In this document: in pieces, positions 38,801 through 46,363 of the stretch | How the letters are laid out: each line of letters begins with the position of its first letter | Position numbering within the stretch: the first letter of the stretch is position 1 | IMG/VR virus record: IMGVR_UViG_3300046684_000205 | Location: 29,479-93,478 of that record | Reading direction: 5' to 3' (one strand) | DNA: 64,000 bases | DNA from: a virus | Program-made: the position numbers and the translations under genes | The notes under the pieces: generated by a model | The model's input: only the letters and a program-made list of their open reading frames with translations | Databases searched by the model: none | Told to the model about the DNA's origin: nothing

Positions 38801-40122
38801 CTCTTCAGGCTGGCGGCGATCGCGGCGCCGGCGGCCAGCGGCACAAGTGAGCCGTAGGTCAGCCACAGACCGCCGAGCGAGCCGGCAAGTCCTCGCGCCA
38901 GGCTGTGGGCCTCGTTCATCGCAAGGTTGTGCTCGACCGCTGCAGCGGACGAGCGCGTCACGGCTGGCGCGAGGCCCTCGTAGGCGGCGCGCAGAGCGTT
39001 GATGTCGGCGCTGGCGGCAGCGCTGCCAAAGCGCGCGGCGGCGCCCTCGCTCGACGAGCCAGGCTGCTGCAGGTAGGCCTGCACGCGGCCGGCCGCGTTC
39101 AGCTGGGACAGCGGGCTGGCAGACAGGAAGTTGGCATTCAGGCCGCGGTTACGTTCGGCGGCCTGTTCAGCAGCGACAGCATCGCGCAGCTGCGCGGCGA
39201 TCTGGCGCCCGGCGGCGCGGACTTCACTCTCTTGCGGCAGACCCAACAAGGTTCTGGCATCAATCGTCGACGCGCTGCGCGCACGCAGATTCTCTGCAGT
39301 CACCGACTCGCGCAGCTGCGCGGCGATTTGCTGGCCGACTGAGCGGGCTTCCGCCTGCGACGGCAGGCCCAGTAGCGTACGGGCGTCAACAGCTGAAGCC
39401 GAACGCGCACGCAGGTTTTCGGCAGTGACAGCTTCCCGCATCTGCGCGGCGATCTGTTGTCCGATCGTACGGGTCTCAGCCTGCGACGGCAGGCCCAGTA
39501 GCGTACGGGCGTCGACATTCGACGCGGACTTCGTACGCAGCGCGGCGTCGCGCGCGGTGTTCATCGCCCGCGCGCGATCGATCTCGGCTTCGGTCGGACC
39601 CGCCATCGGCCGATACGCGGTCTGGAACAGGGACTTGGCGTTTTCCTGGAACTGGCGCAGCCGGGCAAGCTGTCCATCAAGTGCTGCGGCCGTGGTCGCG
39701 GCCATCTTGCCGAAGCGCGCTTCGACGGCTTCGACCGGGATCCCTTGTGCCAGCTGGTTGAAGGCGGCAGTGACGTTGGCACTCGACCCGCGCTGGATCT
39801 GTTCCCAGGTACGGGCGTCGGCAGCCTTGATCTTCAGGCCGGCCTCGGTCATCGCGTTGGCAGCCTTCTCGCCGCCCTCCTCGATGGCCCTGACCTGGCG
39901 CAGGGCCAGACCTTGCAGCGTCTTCTCAGCGGTTGCGGCGAGGTTGGCGAAGCCGGTCACCATGGTGGCCTGCATCAGCTGCATCTGTTCCGAGAGCTTG
40001 TTCAGCGCCGAATTGTCGCCGAGGCGCGTCATCGACTCGGTGAGACGATCGATAGCTGACGTCAAGCGGTTGACACCGTCGTCGCCACTCGCTGTTACTG
40101 GAAGATCGATACCTTCGCCCAT
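32854..40122 (-). CDS. tape measure protein (TP901-type core), ~2422 aa
   Basis: Ala-rich helical sequence; AANSNTSVLAMTESM and GGAAGTSM core; C-terminal PGFAGGG...VGEIGPE; follows the chaperone pair. Confidence 0.92.
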   Translation of the reverse strand: MGEGIDLPVTASGDDGVNRLTSAIDRLTESMTRLGDNSALNKLSEQMQLMQATMVTGFANLAATAEKTLQGLALRQVRAIEEGGEKAANAMTEAGLKIKAADARTWEQIQRGSSANVTAAFNQLAQGIPVEAVEARFGKMAATTAAALDGQLARLRQFQENAKSLFQTAYRPMAGPTEAEIDRARAMNTARDAALRTKSASNVDARTLLGLPSQAETRTIGQQIAAQMREAVTAENLRARSASAVDARTLLGLPSQAEARSVGQQIAAQLRESVTAENLRARSASTIDARTLLGLPQESEVRAAGRQIAAQLRDAVAAEQAAERNRGLNANFLSASPLSQLNAAGRVQAYLQQPGSSSEGAAARFGSAAASADINALRAAYEGLAPAVTRSSAAAVEHNLAMNEAHSLARGLAGSLGGLWLTYGSLVPLAAGAAIAASLKSVVSVGAEVEHQLTNVLALTKSSVNLDTFLQVSEGSLRSLVEGSNAMRMLAQNGLNAVQSLQVLPSILDLATVGEMTVGQAALAATGAASAFGLSYSEAGRIADIFALTAANSNTSVLAMTESMRQASTVASLFKVSIEETAAMLGLLAKINVTGGAAGTSMTNMLTGLYEPTEKGKKALKELGVETQMASGALKPLTSLLEEMRGALSRYTDSARVDLLGSIFTVRGVKSAQLALDNIDDFKRKTEEAAGATGFMASVVRKLEDDSAGGFERLGVVVQNSFVRSFREASPFVQRIALDLGDAFKDGGTASTGLQNFSTNVARLTGVLVENLGIVTMLGAGYVALRALGPTVDTVWKAVAASAAHTTAVAAETAALGAVTTANLGAGASAAEVTAFVTAQTAATEAATAATLAWEATLLPVLTAVGIALGVAGAAWLLFRDNTSEADRTNQQIANSLHVINEALEREIEQLERANKLWDEKNGKYRAPETVTQSDIDKARDAVTKLENEARAKGKNPADLRNPQMLPTGTPGIMTSSVTGYTQLSAALVEADRNLNGLLQTQRRVEEELNPAKAVKGVHDATAQLREELDKFYADGNGKNSKEEFYQQNAAVRAVHEQAKALKEQLLDPTKVLPDVEAEMQRISALKVDLKQLNDQANSLLTSHTDKGDKDAARTRIEQLQEELRLKQMVAKDNLDNDRSLNKRGELGDLQLINHELETKHRLNLEALSIARQERDAAGPLSGAQREKFNSKIRTIEQQDRNDTNAAERARKDYLDKAATQELKARAETLTKRGELDKAFEAQWEADYGRVQSSIEKDLKDAQNEEYREKLEQQRDFLKQLHDEGKKTSIFQMDTNAFDAELQKVKTKLNNLKLQNGPGTGLTTQINNQLRAGDTMRAALPLMNAEYQKMVADAGDDPVKLKAADRRLKEIQEMSAALRNEWVNIGQTIGQALTDAFGRGGTAVAGLIDAATSYGAKVQDIRAAYEKSDGGTEAQRQASEDMAAAQVKAYGTMASAAKGFFDQNSHGYKILHATEQAFRVYELTTAIGNAAKKIALEGGVTAALMGGEEARASAVLAGTEVQVAADQVKGQSAAAVGIANQAQGDPYSAWIRMAAMAAAMASLGFAVMGGIGGGGASAADRQAENGTGTVAGDPKAKSESIAKSLELVSKNTYNNLNVSLGMLASLQAIEANLSNFAGLLVQNTNITNPEVQLNKNNGLATTLAAGGGLMGGGLLGGLMSKIPAVGKLGTAIFGGKQTLDDSGFMLSKSTLGAIAAGGAQAQTYADVTTDGGWLRSDSHDTKTTALSAEANRAITQVIVGMGDAVKAAGGVLGLSGAKFEADLNSFTVDLGKISLKDLNSSEQQAAIQAAFSKLGDQMAQSAISTISQFSKAGEGALQTLMRVATDYQAVDAVLSSFGMTFSQVGVASLAARERLIDLSGGLDKFLSQGEYLMQNFYSDKEQAASLAARINPTLAQYGISASSENLGKLFRNLVTGFDTTTQSGAEAYTSLMNIAPAVKQIVDVQKAVLDERKGLQDQLDELTMTSTQLLAKQRDALDESNRALFDQIQALKAVSPSALLSTVDTAYSTLEAVIQREKTALQKRIDTESEVVGKLSSISSSVKSALSSLDEPSEAIANRKAAQDTLGRSLSLMQSGAPLSDAQVTALQDALNTVTKDSKSQFSSYEDYSFDRLKTLRQVQQLDTVSAKQKTDAQKQLDEMKAQSKSLDDQLTSIKQQVDLLKGINTSTLTMAQAMQNFELAMGAAKANPAVGATSAITQAYQNSLGRAADADGLSFWQKQAANGTSVDEVVKAISNSPEAQVQKLYQSLLGRSADAAGMRFWLSGGASISQIEAGIKSSNEYKSHQKALGIPGFAGGGDFGGGVRLVGEIGPEIEATGAARIHSTQSLLNALRTPDAQTRSDTALFISTFNTMNQTLDLMRLEMRAVATHSAMLVRILKRVTPNGDAIVFRQADPLPAPVPA
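39170..39545 (-). repeat. three 126-bp (42-aa) tandem repeats in the TMP N-terminus
   Basis: DARTLLGLPxQxExRxxGxQIAAQxRxAVxAE x3; CTGCGACGGCAGGCCCAGTAGCGTACGGGCGTC at 39355 and 39481. Confidence 0.9.
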
Positions 40123-40127
40123 ATACA

Positions 40128-40175
40128 AAGCCCCCGTTAGATTGTCATTATCTATCGGGGGCTTCCGTGAAGCAA
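40128..40175 (-). promoter_or_regulatory. promoter embedded in an RBS-occluding hairpin upstream of the TMP gene
   Basis: TTGCTT (40175-40170)-17 nt-GATAAT (40152-40147); inverted repeat 40128-40136/40156-40164. Confidence 0.55.
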
Positions 40176-40189
40176 GTTCCGTGAGGAAA

Positions 40190-40527
40190 TTACTTCTGTT
40201 TCTGCTTTTCCGCTATATGGTCAAGGTACACGCTGTCGAGCTGATTCACGTACTTGAGGATACGCTCACGTTCTGTCAGTTTATCGATTTGGAACATGAT
40301 GCAGTACGACAATATCTCGGAGATCGGGATCGGCAGCGGGCCAGCCATGCTCATGTTGCGGCTACGGGACACCGCCTGGTAGGCGGTGTAGTAGAAGCTC
40401 TGGCGTATGTCCAGTTCCGGGCGGTCGGCAAGTGCTTTTGGCTGCTTGCCCTCCGCCTGCAGCTCAAGCAGGAACTCAAGCTGCGGCCCCCACGTCAGGT
40501 CCCAGCGGAGGCGGTCGGCGAGTTTTT
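40190..40527 (-). CDS. tail assembly chaperone, -1 frameshift extension (gpT-like)
   Basis: -1 frame is open from the slippery site to the stop at 40190 (KLADRLRWDLTWG...PIPISEI...LDSVYL). Confidence 0.8.
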
Positions 40528-40932
40528 TGCGTCAGCCGCCTCGACCGCGTAACGGAAGTTGCGGAAGTCGGCGGCCTTGCGCGAGATCTCGGCCTGGAAG
40601 TCCTTCAGCTCGAGCAGCTTCTGGGCGTTGGCGGTGCTGTATTCCAGCGGCTGCTTCTTGTAGGTCACCGGGCCGGTCCAGCCCAGCAGCACGGTCTTGG
40701 CCATGACCTCGGCCATGATCTTGTTCGACAGGGCTTCCGCCGCGGCCATGTCTTCCGCCGTGGTCTTCTTGTCCAGCGCTTCCTTGTTCTGTTCGTACAG
40801 GGATGCCAGCAGGCGGGTGTATGCCGGATTGTTGGCACGCGCGATGGTCAGGATGACGCCGCCGCCCCAGGGGATCGACTTGCCTTCGGTCTCGGCCTGA
40901 GGGTCGGTCGCATATTCGCTCCAGAAATCCAT
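40495..40932 (-). CDS. tail assembly chaperone (gpG-like)
   Basis: GGAGAG RBS; IARANNPAY, VLLGW, YSTANA; between tail tube and TMP genes. Confidence 0.82.
   Translation of the reverse strand: MDFWSEYATDPQAETEGKSIPWGGGVILTIARANNPAYTRLLASLYEQNKEALDKKTTAEDMAAAEALSNKIMAEVMAKTVLLGWTGPVTYKKQPLEYSTANAQKLLELKDFQAEISRKAADFRNFRYAVEAADAKNSPTASAGT
40522..40528 (-). other. programmed -1 frameshift heptamer A AAA AAC
   Basis: GCA AAA AAC near the end of the gpG-like ORF. Confidence 0.8.
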
Positions 40933-40969
40933 GAGTCTCTCCATTTCGTGGTGGTAGTAGGGAAGTGCC

Positions 40970-40998
40970 AGTTTGAGGCTGAGCTTGCCAGAAGTCAA
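40970..40998 (-). promoter_or_regulatory. promoter for chaperone genes
   Basis: TTGACT-17 nt-CAAACT. Confidence 0.5.
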
Positions 40999-41049
40999 GA
41001 TCCTGTTGGAAATGTCTCTGTGGTATAGTGGACTTTTTCGGAGGACTTA

Positions 41050-41751
41050 ATGGATTGGTATCCGCTTCTGGAAGCTCACAGGCACATCGCTAAGTCATCG
41101 GGCGTCTATGTCATTCGGCATCGCGCCAGTGGGATGGAGTACGTAGGCATCAGTAGAGACATGCGTCAGCGGGTAATGCGACACAGAACTCGACAGGCGA
41201 AAGACTCCCGACTCTACCGAGCAATTGCCGTGTATGGTCTGGAGGCTTTCGATGCCGCTGTGTGGTGCGCAGGCAGCGTGGACGACCTGCCCAGCCTCGA
41301 GATTCTCGCAATCTCAGACCGCAACAGCTACACACCGAACGGCTTCAATTTGACCCGCGGTGGAGGCGTTATCCATACCGCTACGCACTCCGCAGAGCGC
41401 AGGGCGCAAGCAGCTGAAACAGCTAGGCGTACGCACCTGGGCAGAAAGCGATCTGATCTGACGCGGCAGCGGCTGTCTGATTCGCTAAGAGGCAGGAAGA
41501 TATCTGCTGCCGTAGTTGAGGCTGTTCGACAGGCCAACGTGGGCAGGCGGATGCCAGACGGTACCCGCGCGGCTATTCGGGCGAGCCGGCTGCGCGCGGT
41601 ACTTGTCTGGCCTGTCGGCAGCCTGACGCCGATAGAGTTCCCTGAGGTCAGACAGGCAATTACATTCATCGGCCGGCCACATGCCACAGTGTCGAGGTGG
41701 CTGAAGGTGGGGTCGCCGGCAGGCATGCCAGCGCTGGCGTACCTAGAGTAA
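41050..41751 (+). CDS. free-standing GIY-YIG homing endonuclease with NUMOD3-like repeats
   Basis: SGVYVIR...YVGIS, RVMRH, LE, GFNLTRGG, GRKRSD/GRKIS repeats; antisense to the tail operon; GGAGG RBS. Confidence 0.85.
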   Translation: MDWYPLLEAHRHIAKSSGVYVIRHRASGMEYVGISRDMRQRVMRHRTRQAKDSRLYRAIAVYGLEAFDAAVWCAGSVDDLPSLEILAISDRNSYTPNGFNLTRGGGVIHTATHSAERRAQAAETARRTHLGRKRSDLTRQRLSDSLRGRKISAAVVEAVRQANVGRRMPDGTRAAIRASRLRAVLVWPVGSLTPIEFPEVRQAITFIGRPHATVSRWLKVGSPAGMPALAYLE

Positions 41752-41776
41752 AAAGGGCGCGACCGAGGCCGCGCCC
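41750..41776 (-). terminator. terminator after tail tube gene
   Basis: GGGCGCG stem followed by a T-run on the minus strand. Confidence 0.65.
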
Positions 41777-41800
41777 AACCCACTTCCCACCCTGGAACTG

Positions 41801-43060
41801 TTACGGCGCCACGGCCGCGCCGACGCGGTCGATGAACATGGTCTTGCGCAGCGCCGGGCTGGCGTTGCCCTTGTCCGAGTACGCAGTGTAATCGAACTCG
41901 GCCATGATGTCGGTATCCTTGCTGCCGGCCACGATCTTGGCGTTGGTCAGCTGCGCCTTCGGATACGTGATCACGTAGCCGTTGCCGGCGGTGTCCTGGG
42001 TCGACACCGTGAAGCTGGTGTAGGCGTCGTTCTTGAACTTGTCGTACAGCGCACCATCGGCGAAGTAGACGGTCAGCTTGCCCTTGGCCAGGAAGGTGCC
42101 GATGCCGACGCCGACCAGGCCCCGCGTACCGGCGGCGTCTTGCGGGCGCAGACCGCTGTCGATGTCGAAGCCGATCGACTTGATCGAGGTCGAGGTCAGC
42201 GGCGCGCCGCCTTCCCACAGCTGACCGACACCGGTGACACCATTCTGGATGTCGTAGTTGTTGGACGCGGCCACGACGCCCGGCAGGCGGGTGGTGGTCA
42301 GCGTCTGGCCGGTGCCGCTGGTCAGCATGTCCTTGCCGAGGAAGGTGAAGGTGCCTTCGGTCTGGGACTTCGAGGCGACCTGGGTCGAGAACTTCGACAC
42401 GTACATGCCGCGGTAAGTGTGGAACTGGTTCACGTCCAGGAACTGTTTCTCGATCGTGAACGACGACAGCGTGGTACCGTTGGCCAGGCGCGACGACGAG
42501 ATCGAGCTGCCGGTCACCGCGGTCGAGGCGACCAGTGGCGTATTCACGTCCAGCGTGATGGTGGTGGCAGTCGGTGCGACCGAAGTCGAAACGCGGACCA
42601 GCTTGCCGTCATTGGGGTCGTCCGGCAGATTCACGCGGATCCACTGGCCCGGCTGCAGCGCGGTGAAGATGCTGGTGCCGCTCGTTGCGGCACCGGCGGT
42701 GATCACCGAGGCGGTGGTGCCGGCCACGCCAGCGGAGACCGATGCGGAGAAAGTCGCGCCCACGCCGTTGGTGCCAAAAGCACTCCAGCTCGAGCGCAGC
42801 AGGCTGGCCAGGAAGCGGTCGTATTCGGCGAACTGCACGTGCACCTTGATGTCGCCATCTGCCTGGGCGCCGGTGGTCGTCGACGAAGTCAGTTCACCGG
42901 TCGGGTTCATCTCCTTGTCGTTCTCTTTGGAGACGTTGAACGTGAGAGACTCGCCGGTGTTGCGCAGGGCCACCGGGTTGCCGGCGACCGGGATCACACC
43001 GAATTGGAGTTCCGGAATGACAGCAATCTGCATCCGGTTGGCGCTGGCGTAAGTGGGCAT
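41801..43060 (-). CDS. major tail tube protein
   Basis: LRNTGESL, SFTIEKQF, GKLTVYF, GNGYVITYPK pattern; position. Confidence 0.85.
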   Translation of the reverse strand: MPTYASANRMQIAVIPELQFGVIPVAGNPVALRNTGESLTFNVSKENDKEMNPTGELTSSTTTGAQADGDIKVHVQFAEYDRFLASLLRSSWSAFGTNGVGATFSASVSAGVAGTTASVITAGAATSGTSIFTALQPGQWIRVNLPDDPNDGKLVRVSTSVAPTATTITLDVNTPLVASTAVTGSSISSSRLANGTTLSSFTIEKQFLDVNQFHTYRGMYVSKFSTQVASKSQTEGTFTFLGKDMLTSGTGQTLTTTRLPGVVAASNNYDIQNGVTGVGQLWEGGAPLTSTSIKSIGFDIDSGLRPQDAAGTRGLVGVGIGTFLAKGKLTVYFADGALYDKFKNDAYTSFTVSTQDTAGNGYVITYPKAQLTNAKIVAGSKDTDIMAEFDYTAYSDKGNASPALRKTMFIDRVGAAVAP

Positions 43061-43087
43061 AACAGTTCTCCGAAGAAATTTCCCCGG

Positions 43088-43118
43088 AGTCTAGCAGGCA
43101 ATTATTGCCAAGTGTCAA
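43088..43118 (-). promoter_or_regulatory. tail tube promoter with palindrome GGCAATTATTGCC
   Basis: TTGACA plus extended -10 TGC-TAGACT (19-nt spacing); palindrome 43097-43109. Confidence 0.55.
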
Positions 43119-43133
43119 TAGTTTGCCATCTAT

Positions 43134-43562
43134 TTACTGCGGCCTGCTGAAGTAGAAGAACGGGATGATTGCCGGCTGGTACCAGAGACCTCTGTTCTCA
43201 CGCCCCTTCACCGGAACGGCCGCTTGGCAGGTCAGGGCGCCAAAGCCTTGCTGGCTGAAGTAAGGCATGACGAAGTCGAGCAGCTCCTTGGCGGCAAGGG
43301 TGCCGGTACCGTCCTTCACCACCGCGGCCAGCAAGATCTGGCCCCAGCGCTTGACGGCCGCCTTCGATCCAAGTTCGGCCTGCTCGCCGTCCAGCACCTC
43401 AATCGTCACCTGCAGGTACGGGTTCTGCTGAGTGGCCTGGTCGACCACACTGCGGTTCTCGGGCTCGACCGCCAGCGCGTAGAGCGCGTGGTCGACCTGG
43501 ATCTGCTCGACCACGCCCATGATGGCCTGATGCAGCTGGGTCAGGGTAAAGGATTCGCTCAC
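43134..43562 (-). CDS. tail terminator-like protein
   Basis: 142 aa upstream of tail tube gene. Confidence 0.6.
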   Translation of the reverse strand: MSESFTLTQLHQAIMGVVEQIQVDHALYALAVEPENRSVVDQATQQNPYLQVTIEVLDGEQAELGSKAAVKRWGQILLAAVVKDGTGTLAAKELLDFVMPYFSQQGFGALTCQAAVPVKGRENRGLWYQPAIIPFFYFSRPQ

Positions 43563-44113
43563 AGGGCCTCCGGGCTCTTCAGGTTGCTGGGGATGTCGGC
43601 GGCGCGCGCGCGCAGGTAGGTCTCGATCCGGACGTGGCCTGGAATGACGTTCTCCGGTCGCAGGCGCTCGACGCCGTCGGGCCCGATCATGGTCTGGCCC
43701 TCGCCGCCCACCTCAAGGTGGGTGCTGTTGACGAGGTGCACGCGGCTTTTGAGCGTCACGCCTTTCAGGCGGCTCGCCGCGCGCGCCAGCGCCACGCCGA
43801 CCGCTTCCGGGTCGCCTGCCTGGTGCGGCGTCACGCGATACGCGGCGGCGCCGGTGTGAGCGTCATCATGGCGCGCGAGTCGCGATTCGTACTTGCCCGG
43901 CCACGGCCGGAAGACCGGCATGTCGCCGTCAATGGCGAAAGCCCAGTTGCTGGCGAATTCGCCGGACCACTGCGGCGAGACGCGCACGGCCTGCTCCATC
44001 ACCCAGTAGAGTTTCTGGCGATAGATGCCGTCGGCGGTGTCCGCCACCTTCTTGCGCACGTCCTTCAGGGACTTGATCGAGGCCGCCAGCTTGCTGGCAT
44101 TGATCGCGATCAC
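43559..44113 (-). CDS. tail completion/neck protein
   Basis: SPQWSGEFASNW motif; position. Confidence 0.6.
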   Translation of the reverse strand: MIAINASKLAASIKSLKDVRKKVADTADGIYRQKLYWVMEQAVRVSPQWSGEFASNWAFAIDGDMPVFRPWPGKYESRLARHDDAHTGAAAYRVTPHQAGDPEAVGVALARAASRLKGVTLKSRVHLVNSTHLEVGGEGQTMIGPDGVERLRPENVIPGHVRIETYLRARAADIPSNLKSPEAL

Positions 44114-44949
44114 ACTGGCCTCACGCGCAGCACGCGCGCATCCAGCTCGACGATCGAGGTCAGCACGCGCCAGGTCTGGCCCAGCATGGTCAGCTGGGAG
44201 CCGGGCTGCGGCGCGGCGCTGGCGGCGGCCACGAACACCACCCGGTCGCCTGGCTGGCTGTCGGCCTCGATCTGGGTGCGGTAGCGATAGAACTTCATCG
44301 AGTCGCCCTGCACCACCGGCAGCGTGATGCTGCTGCTCTCCAGTTTGTCCGTCACAAGGTTCAGGGTGGCGGTGGTGGTAAAGGTTGCCTGTTGCAGCGC
44401 ATCGGCCTCGAATTCGTCGGCCTCCAGCACCATCAGGCCATCGACCTCCATGTACTGGCCGCGCACGCGGAGCAGCGTCGCGCCCTGGCGGAAGAACATG
44501 CCGTGCAGGCCGGCGCCGTCAGCCGGCGGAATGTTGATGCTCCACAGTGGGTCCCAGTCGCTGAAGCTCTTCACGTTTTGCATGTCGCGGTAGAGCTCTT
44601 TCTGGGTGTAGACGAGGAGCCCGGGGCTGCCTGCGCAGGCCTCGGCTGGGGTCAGGCGGTACATGGCGTCGACGCCGCGCTTCAGGCCCCAGACGCGGCG
44701 GATTGCCTCGCCCTGGAAGCTGTCGACGTTGCTGTAGCCGACGATCCATGGGTCACCCAGCAGCATGATCGCACCGCGCGCCGGCAGGGTGGCGTCGACT
44801 TCAGTCGTGAGGGTACGCCGGCGGATCGTGGCGCCGGCGGAACTCTGGTCGTTGTGCGCCTTCGAGTGGCCGTAACAGACGAAGGCGCCGGTGTACGCAT
44901 CGTACACCGGATCGTTGTTGAAATACGACACGACGTCGGCGAATTCCAT
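44110..44949 (-). CDS. head closure/virion structural protein
   Basis: position; beta-rich. Confidence 0.55.
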   Translation of the reverse strand: MEFADVVSYFNNDPVYDAYTGAFVCYGHSKAHNDQSSAGATIRRRTLTTEVDATLPARGAIMLLGDPWIVGYSNVDSFQGEAIRRVWGLKRGVDAMYRLTPAEACAGSPGLLVYTQKELYRDMQNVKSFSDWDPLWSINIPPADGAGLHGMFFRQGATLLRVRGQYMEVDGLMVLEADEFEADALQQATFTTTATLNLVTDKLESSSITLPVVQGDSMKFYRYRTQIEADSQPGDRVVFVAAASAAPQPGSQLTMLGQTWRVLTSIVELDARVLRVRPV

Positions 44950-44951
44950 AG

Positions 44952-45437
44952 TCAGGCTCCGGTGACCGGATCGGCGGCTAGGCCGGTGGTCACGACAAAC
45001 GTGCGCGCGACCAGGTTCGGCGCCGGCGCATCCGAGTTGACCGCGGCGTAGGCCTCCTGCAGCTTGACCTTGAACATTGCCAGCACGGTCGGGACGTCCT
45101 CACGCACCTGCTTGAACGGGTCGGCGATGCGCTGCAGTTGGGCCTTCTCGTCAGCGATCAGCTGCGGCGCGAACATCGGCAGCGCGGCAAGGCACTGGCT
45201 GGCCACATGGTAGGTGGCGTAGGAGGACGTGAGTTCGAGGAAGCGCTCCTGCTCGTCCGACGGCTCACCGCTCTCGTTGATCCGGGCGAAGTCGGCCAGT
45301 AGCTGCGGATGGATATCGCGCAGCCCTTCGCGCAGGCGCACCGAGTAAATCGAGCTGCTCAGGGTGGCGTCGGTCAGCTCCTTGCTGGAGACGCCAAGCA
45401 CTGCGCGCACTTCACTGGTGGGGACGAGTTCAATCAT
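44952..45437 (-). CDS. head-tail adaptor-like protein
   Basis: EVRAVLGV N-terminus; GGAGG RBS. Confidence 0.6.
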   Translation of the reverse strand: MIELVPTSEVRAVLGVSSKELTDATLSSSIYSVRLREGLRDIHPQLLADFARINESGEPSDEQERFLELTSSYATYHVASQCLAALPMFAPQLIADEKAQLQRIADPFKQVREDVPTVLAMFKVKLQEAYAAVNSDAPAPNLVARTFVVTTGLAADPVTGA

Positions 45438-45486
45438 GGGTTCCTCCGGAATGGAGGTATTGTGGCACAGAAATTGCTTGAATAAA

Positions 45487-45513
45487 AGAAAGCCCGCACA
45501 GGGCGGGCTTTTT
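45487..45513. terminator. bidirectional terminator
   Basis: AAAGCCCGC-ACAGG-GCGGGCTTT flanked by A/T runs. Confidence 0.8.
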
Positions 45514-45514
45514 G

Positions 45515-45613
45515 TCAGCGGACGGTCAGCGTACCGTTCTTGAGTCGCCATTCGGCGCCGATCCGGGTGCAGACCATGCGGACGGCAAGGGTCATCAGCT
45601 TGAGCTGGGTCAT
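45515..45613 (-). CDS. 32-aa hypothetical peptide
   Basis: ATGA overlap; ends at terminator. Confidence 0.35.
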   Translation of the reverse strand: MTQLKLMTLAVRMVCTRIGAEWRLKNGTLTVR

Positions 45614-45903
45614 GCCGGCACCGTGCGGTCGACAACGCTGGCGTAGCAGTTGATGGCGGCGCTGGTGAAGGTCTCATGACCATCGACAACACCGCTCCAG
45701 CACAGATAGCCGTTGCAGTTGATCTGGACGTCCTTGTTGGCGTCTTCGGCCAGCAGGCTGGTAACGGCGTCGATGTTGGCGAGGATGGCTTCCTTGTCCT
45801 TGGCGTGCACCGGCTGGTAGCCAAGGATCTTGTCGATCTCGGCTTCGGCTGCGGCGCGCGCCAGCGCAGCCGTGGCGCCCTTGGCGCTAAACGAGTAGCT
45901 CAT
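45610..45903 (-). CDS. hypothetical protein
   Basis: coherent 97-aa ORF. Confidence 0.65.
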   Translation of the reverse strand: MSYSFSAKGATAALARAAAEAEIDKILGYQPVHAKDKEAILANIDAVTSLLAEDANKDVQINCNGYLCWSGVVDGHETFTSAAINCYASVVDRTVPA

Positions 45904-45905
45904 GG

Positions 45906-46247
45906 TCAAGCATCCTTGGCAGGAGCAGCGGCCGGCGCGACAGCCTGGGCGATCGCTTCCTCGACCGGCAGCTTGCCGTTGGCCAGGCGCTGGGCGTGCT
46001 CGGCGAAGCGCTCGCGCTCTTGGCGCGCCAGCTCGTCGGCGGCATTCAGATCAGCGATCTTTTGCAGGTCTTTCTCGTTCGGGCTGTCGTCCGGGTTGGC
46101 GCAGCGCTTGATGCTCGGCTGGTTCAGGACCCAGCTGGTCAGCTCGGCGCGTACGGGCGTACCCGGCTCGAAGCGGGTGCCGGAAATCGGATCGGGCAGG
46201 GGGAAGGTACCTTCGTTGACCAGCCAGACGCGTTGGGTTTCAGCCAT
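45906..46247 (-). CDS. hypothetical (possible virion) protein
   Basis: AAGGAG RBS. Confidence 0.7.
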   Translation of the reverse strand: MAETQRVWLVNEGTFPLPDPISGTRFEPGTPVRAELTSWVLNQPSIKRCANPDDSPNEKDLQKIADLNAADELARQERERFAEHAQRLANGKLPVEEAIAQAVAPAAAPAKDA

Positions 46248-46276
46248 GATGACTCCTTGTGGGTTGTGGTTCGATT

Positions 46277-46305
46277 ATTGTGGCACGGAAATTGACAAGC
46301 AGCAA
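46277..46305 (-). promoter_or_regulatory. promoter
   Basis: TTGCTG-17 nt-CACAAT with TG extension. Confidence 0.5.
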
Positions 46306-46318
46306 GGTGTTTGCTGTT

Positions 46319-46351
46319 AAAGAAAAACAGCCCCGAAGGGCTGTTTTCTTT
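46319..46351. terminator. terminator after major capsid gene
   Basis: AAAACAGCCC-CGAA-GGGCTGTTTT. Confidence 0.85.
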
Positions 46352-46363
46352 CGAGGCTGTCGC

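Noticed and set aside
32692-40552. Long + strand ORFs opposite the TMP gene (656, 640, 380 and 473 aa)
   Set aside because: No motifs or RBS recognised; antisense shadows.
41050-41751. Group I intron hosting the GIY-YIG gene
   Set aside because: Flanking genes are complete and the ORF is antisense and intergenic.
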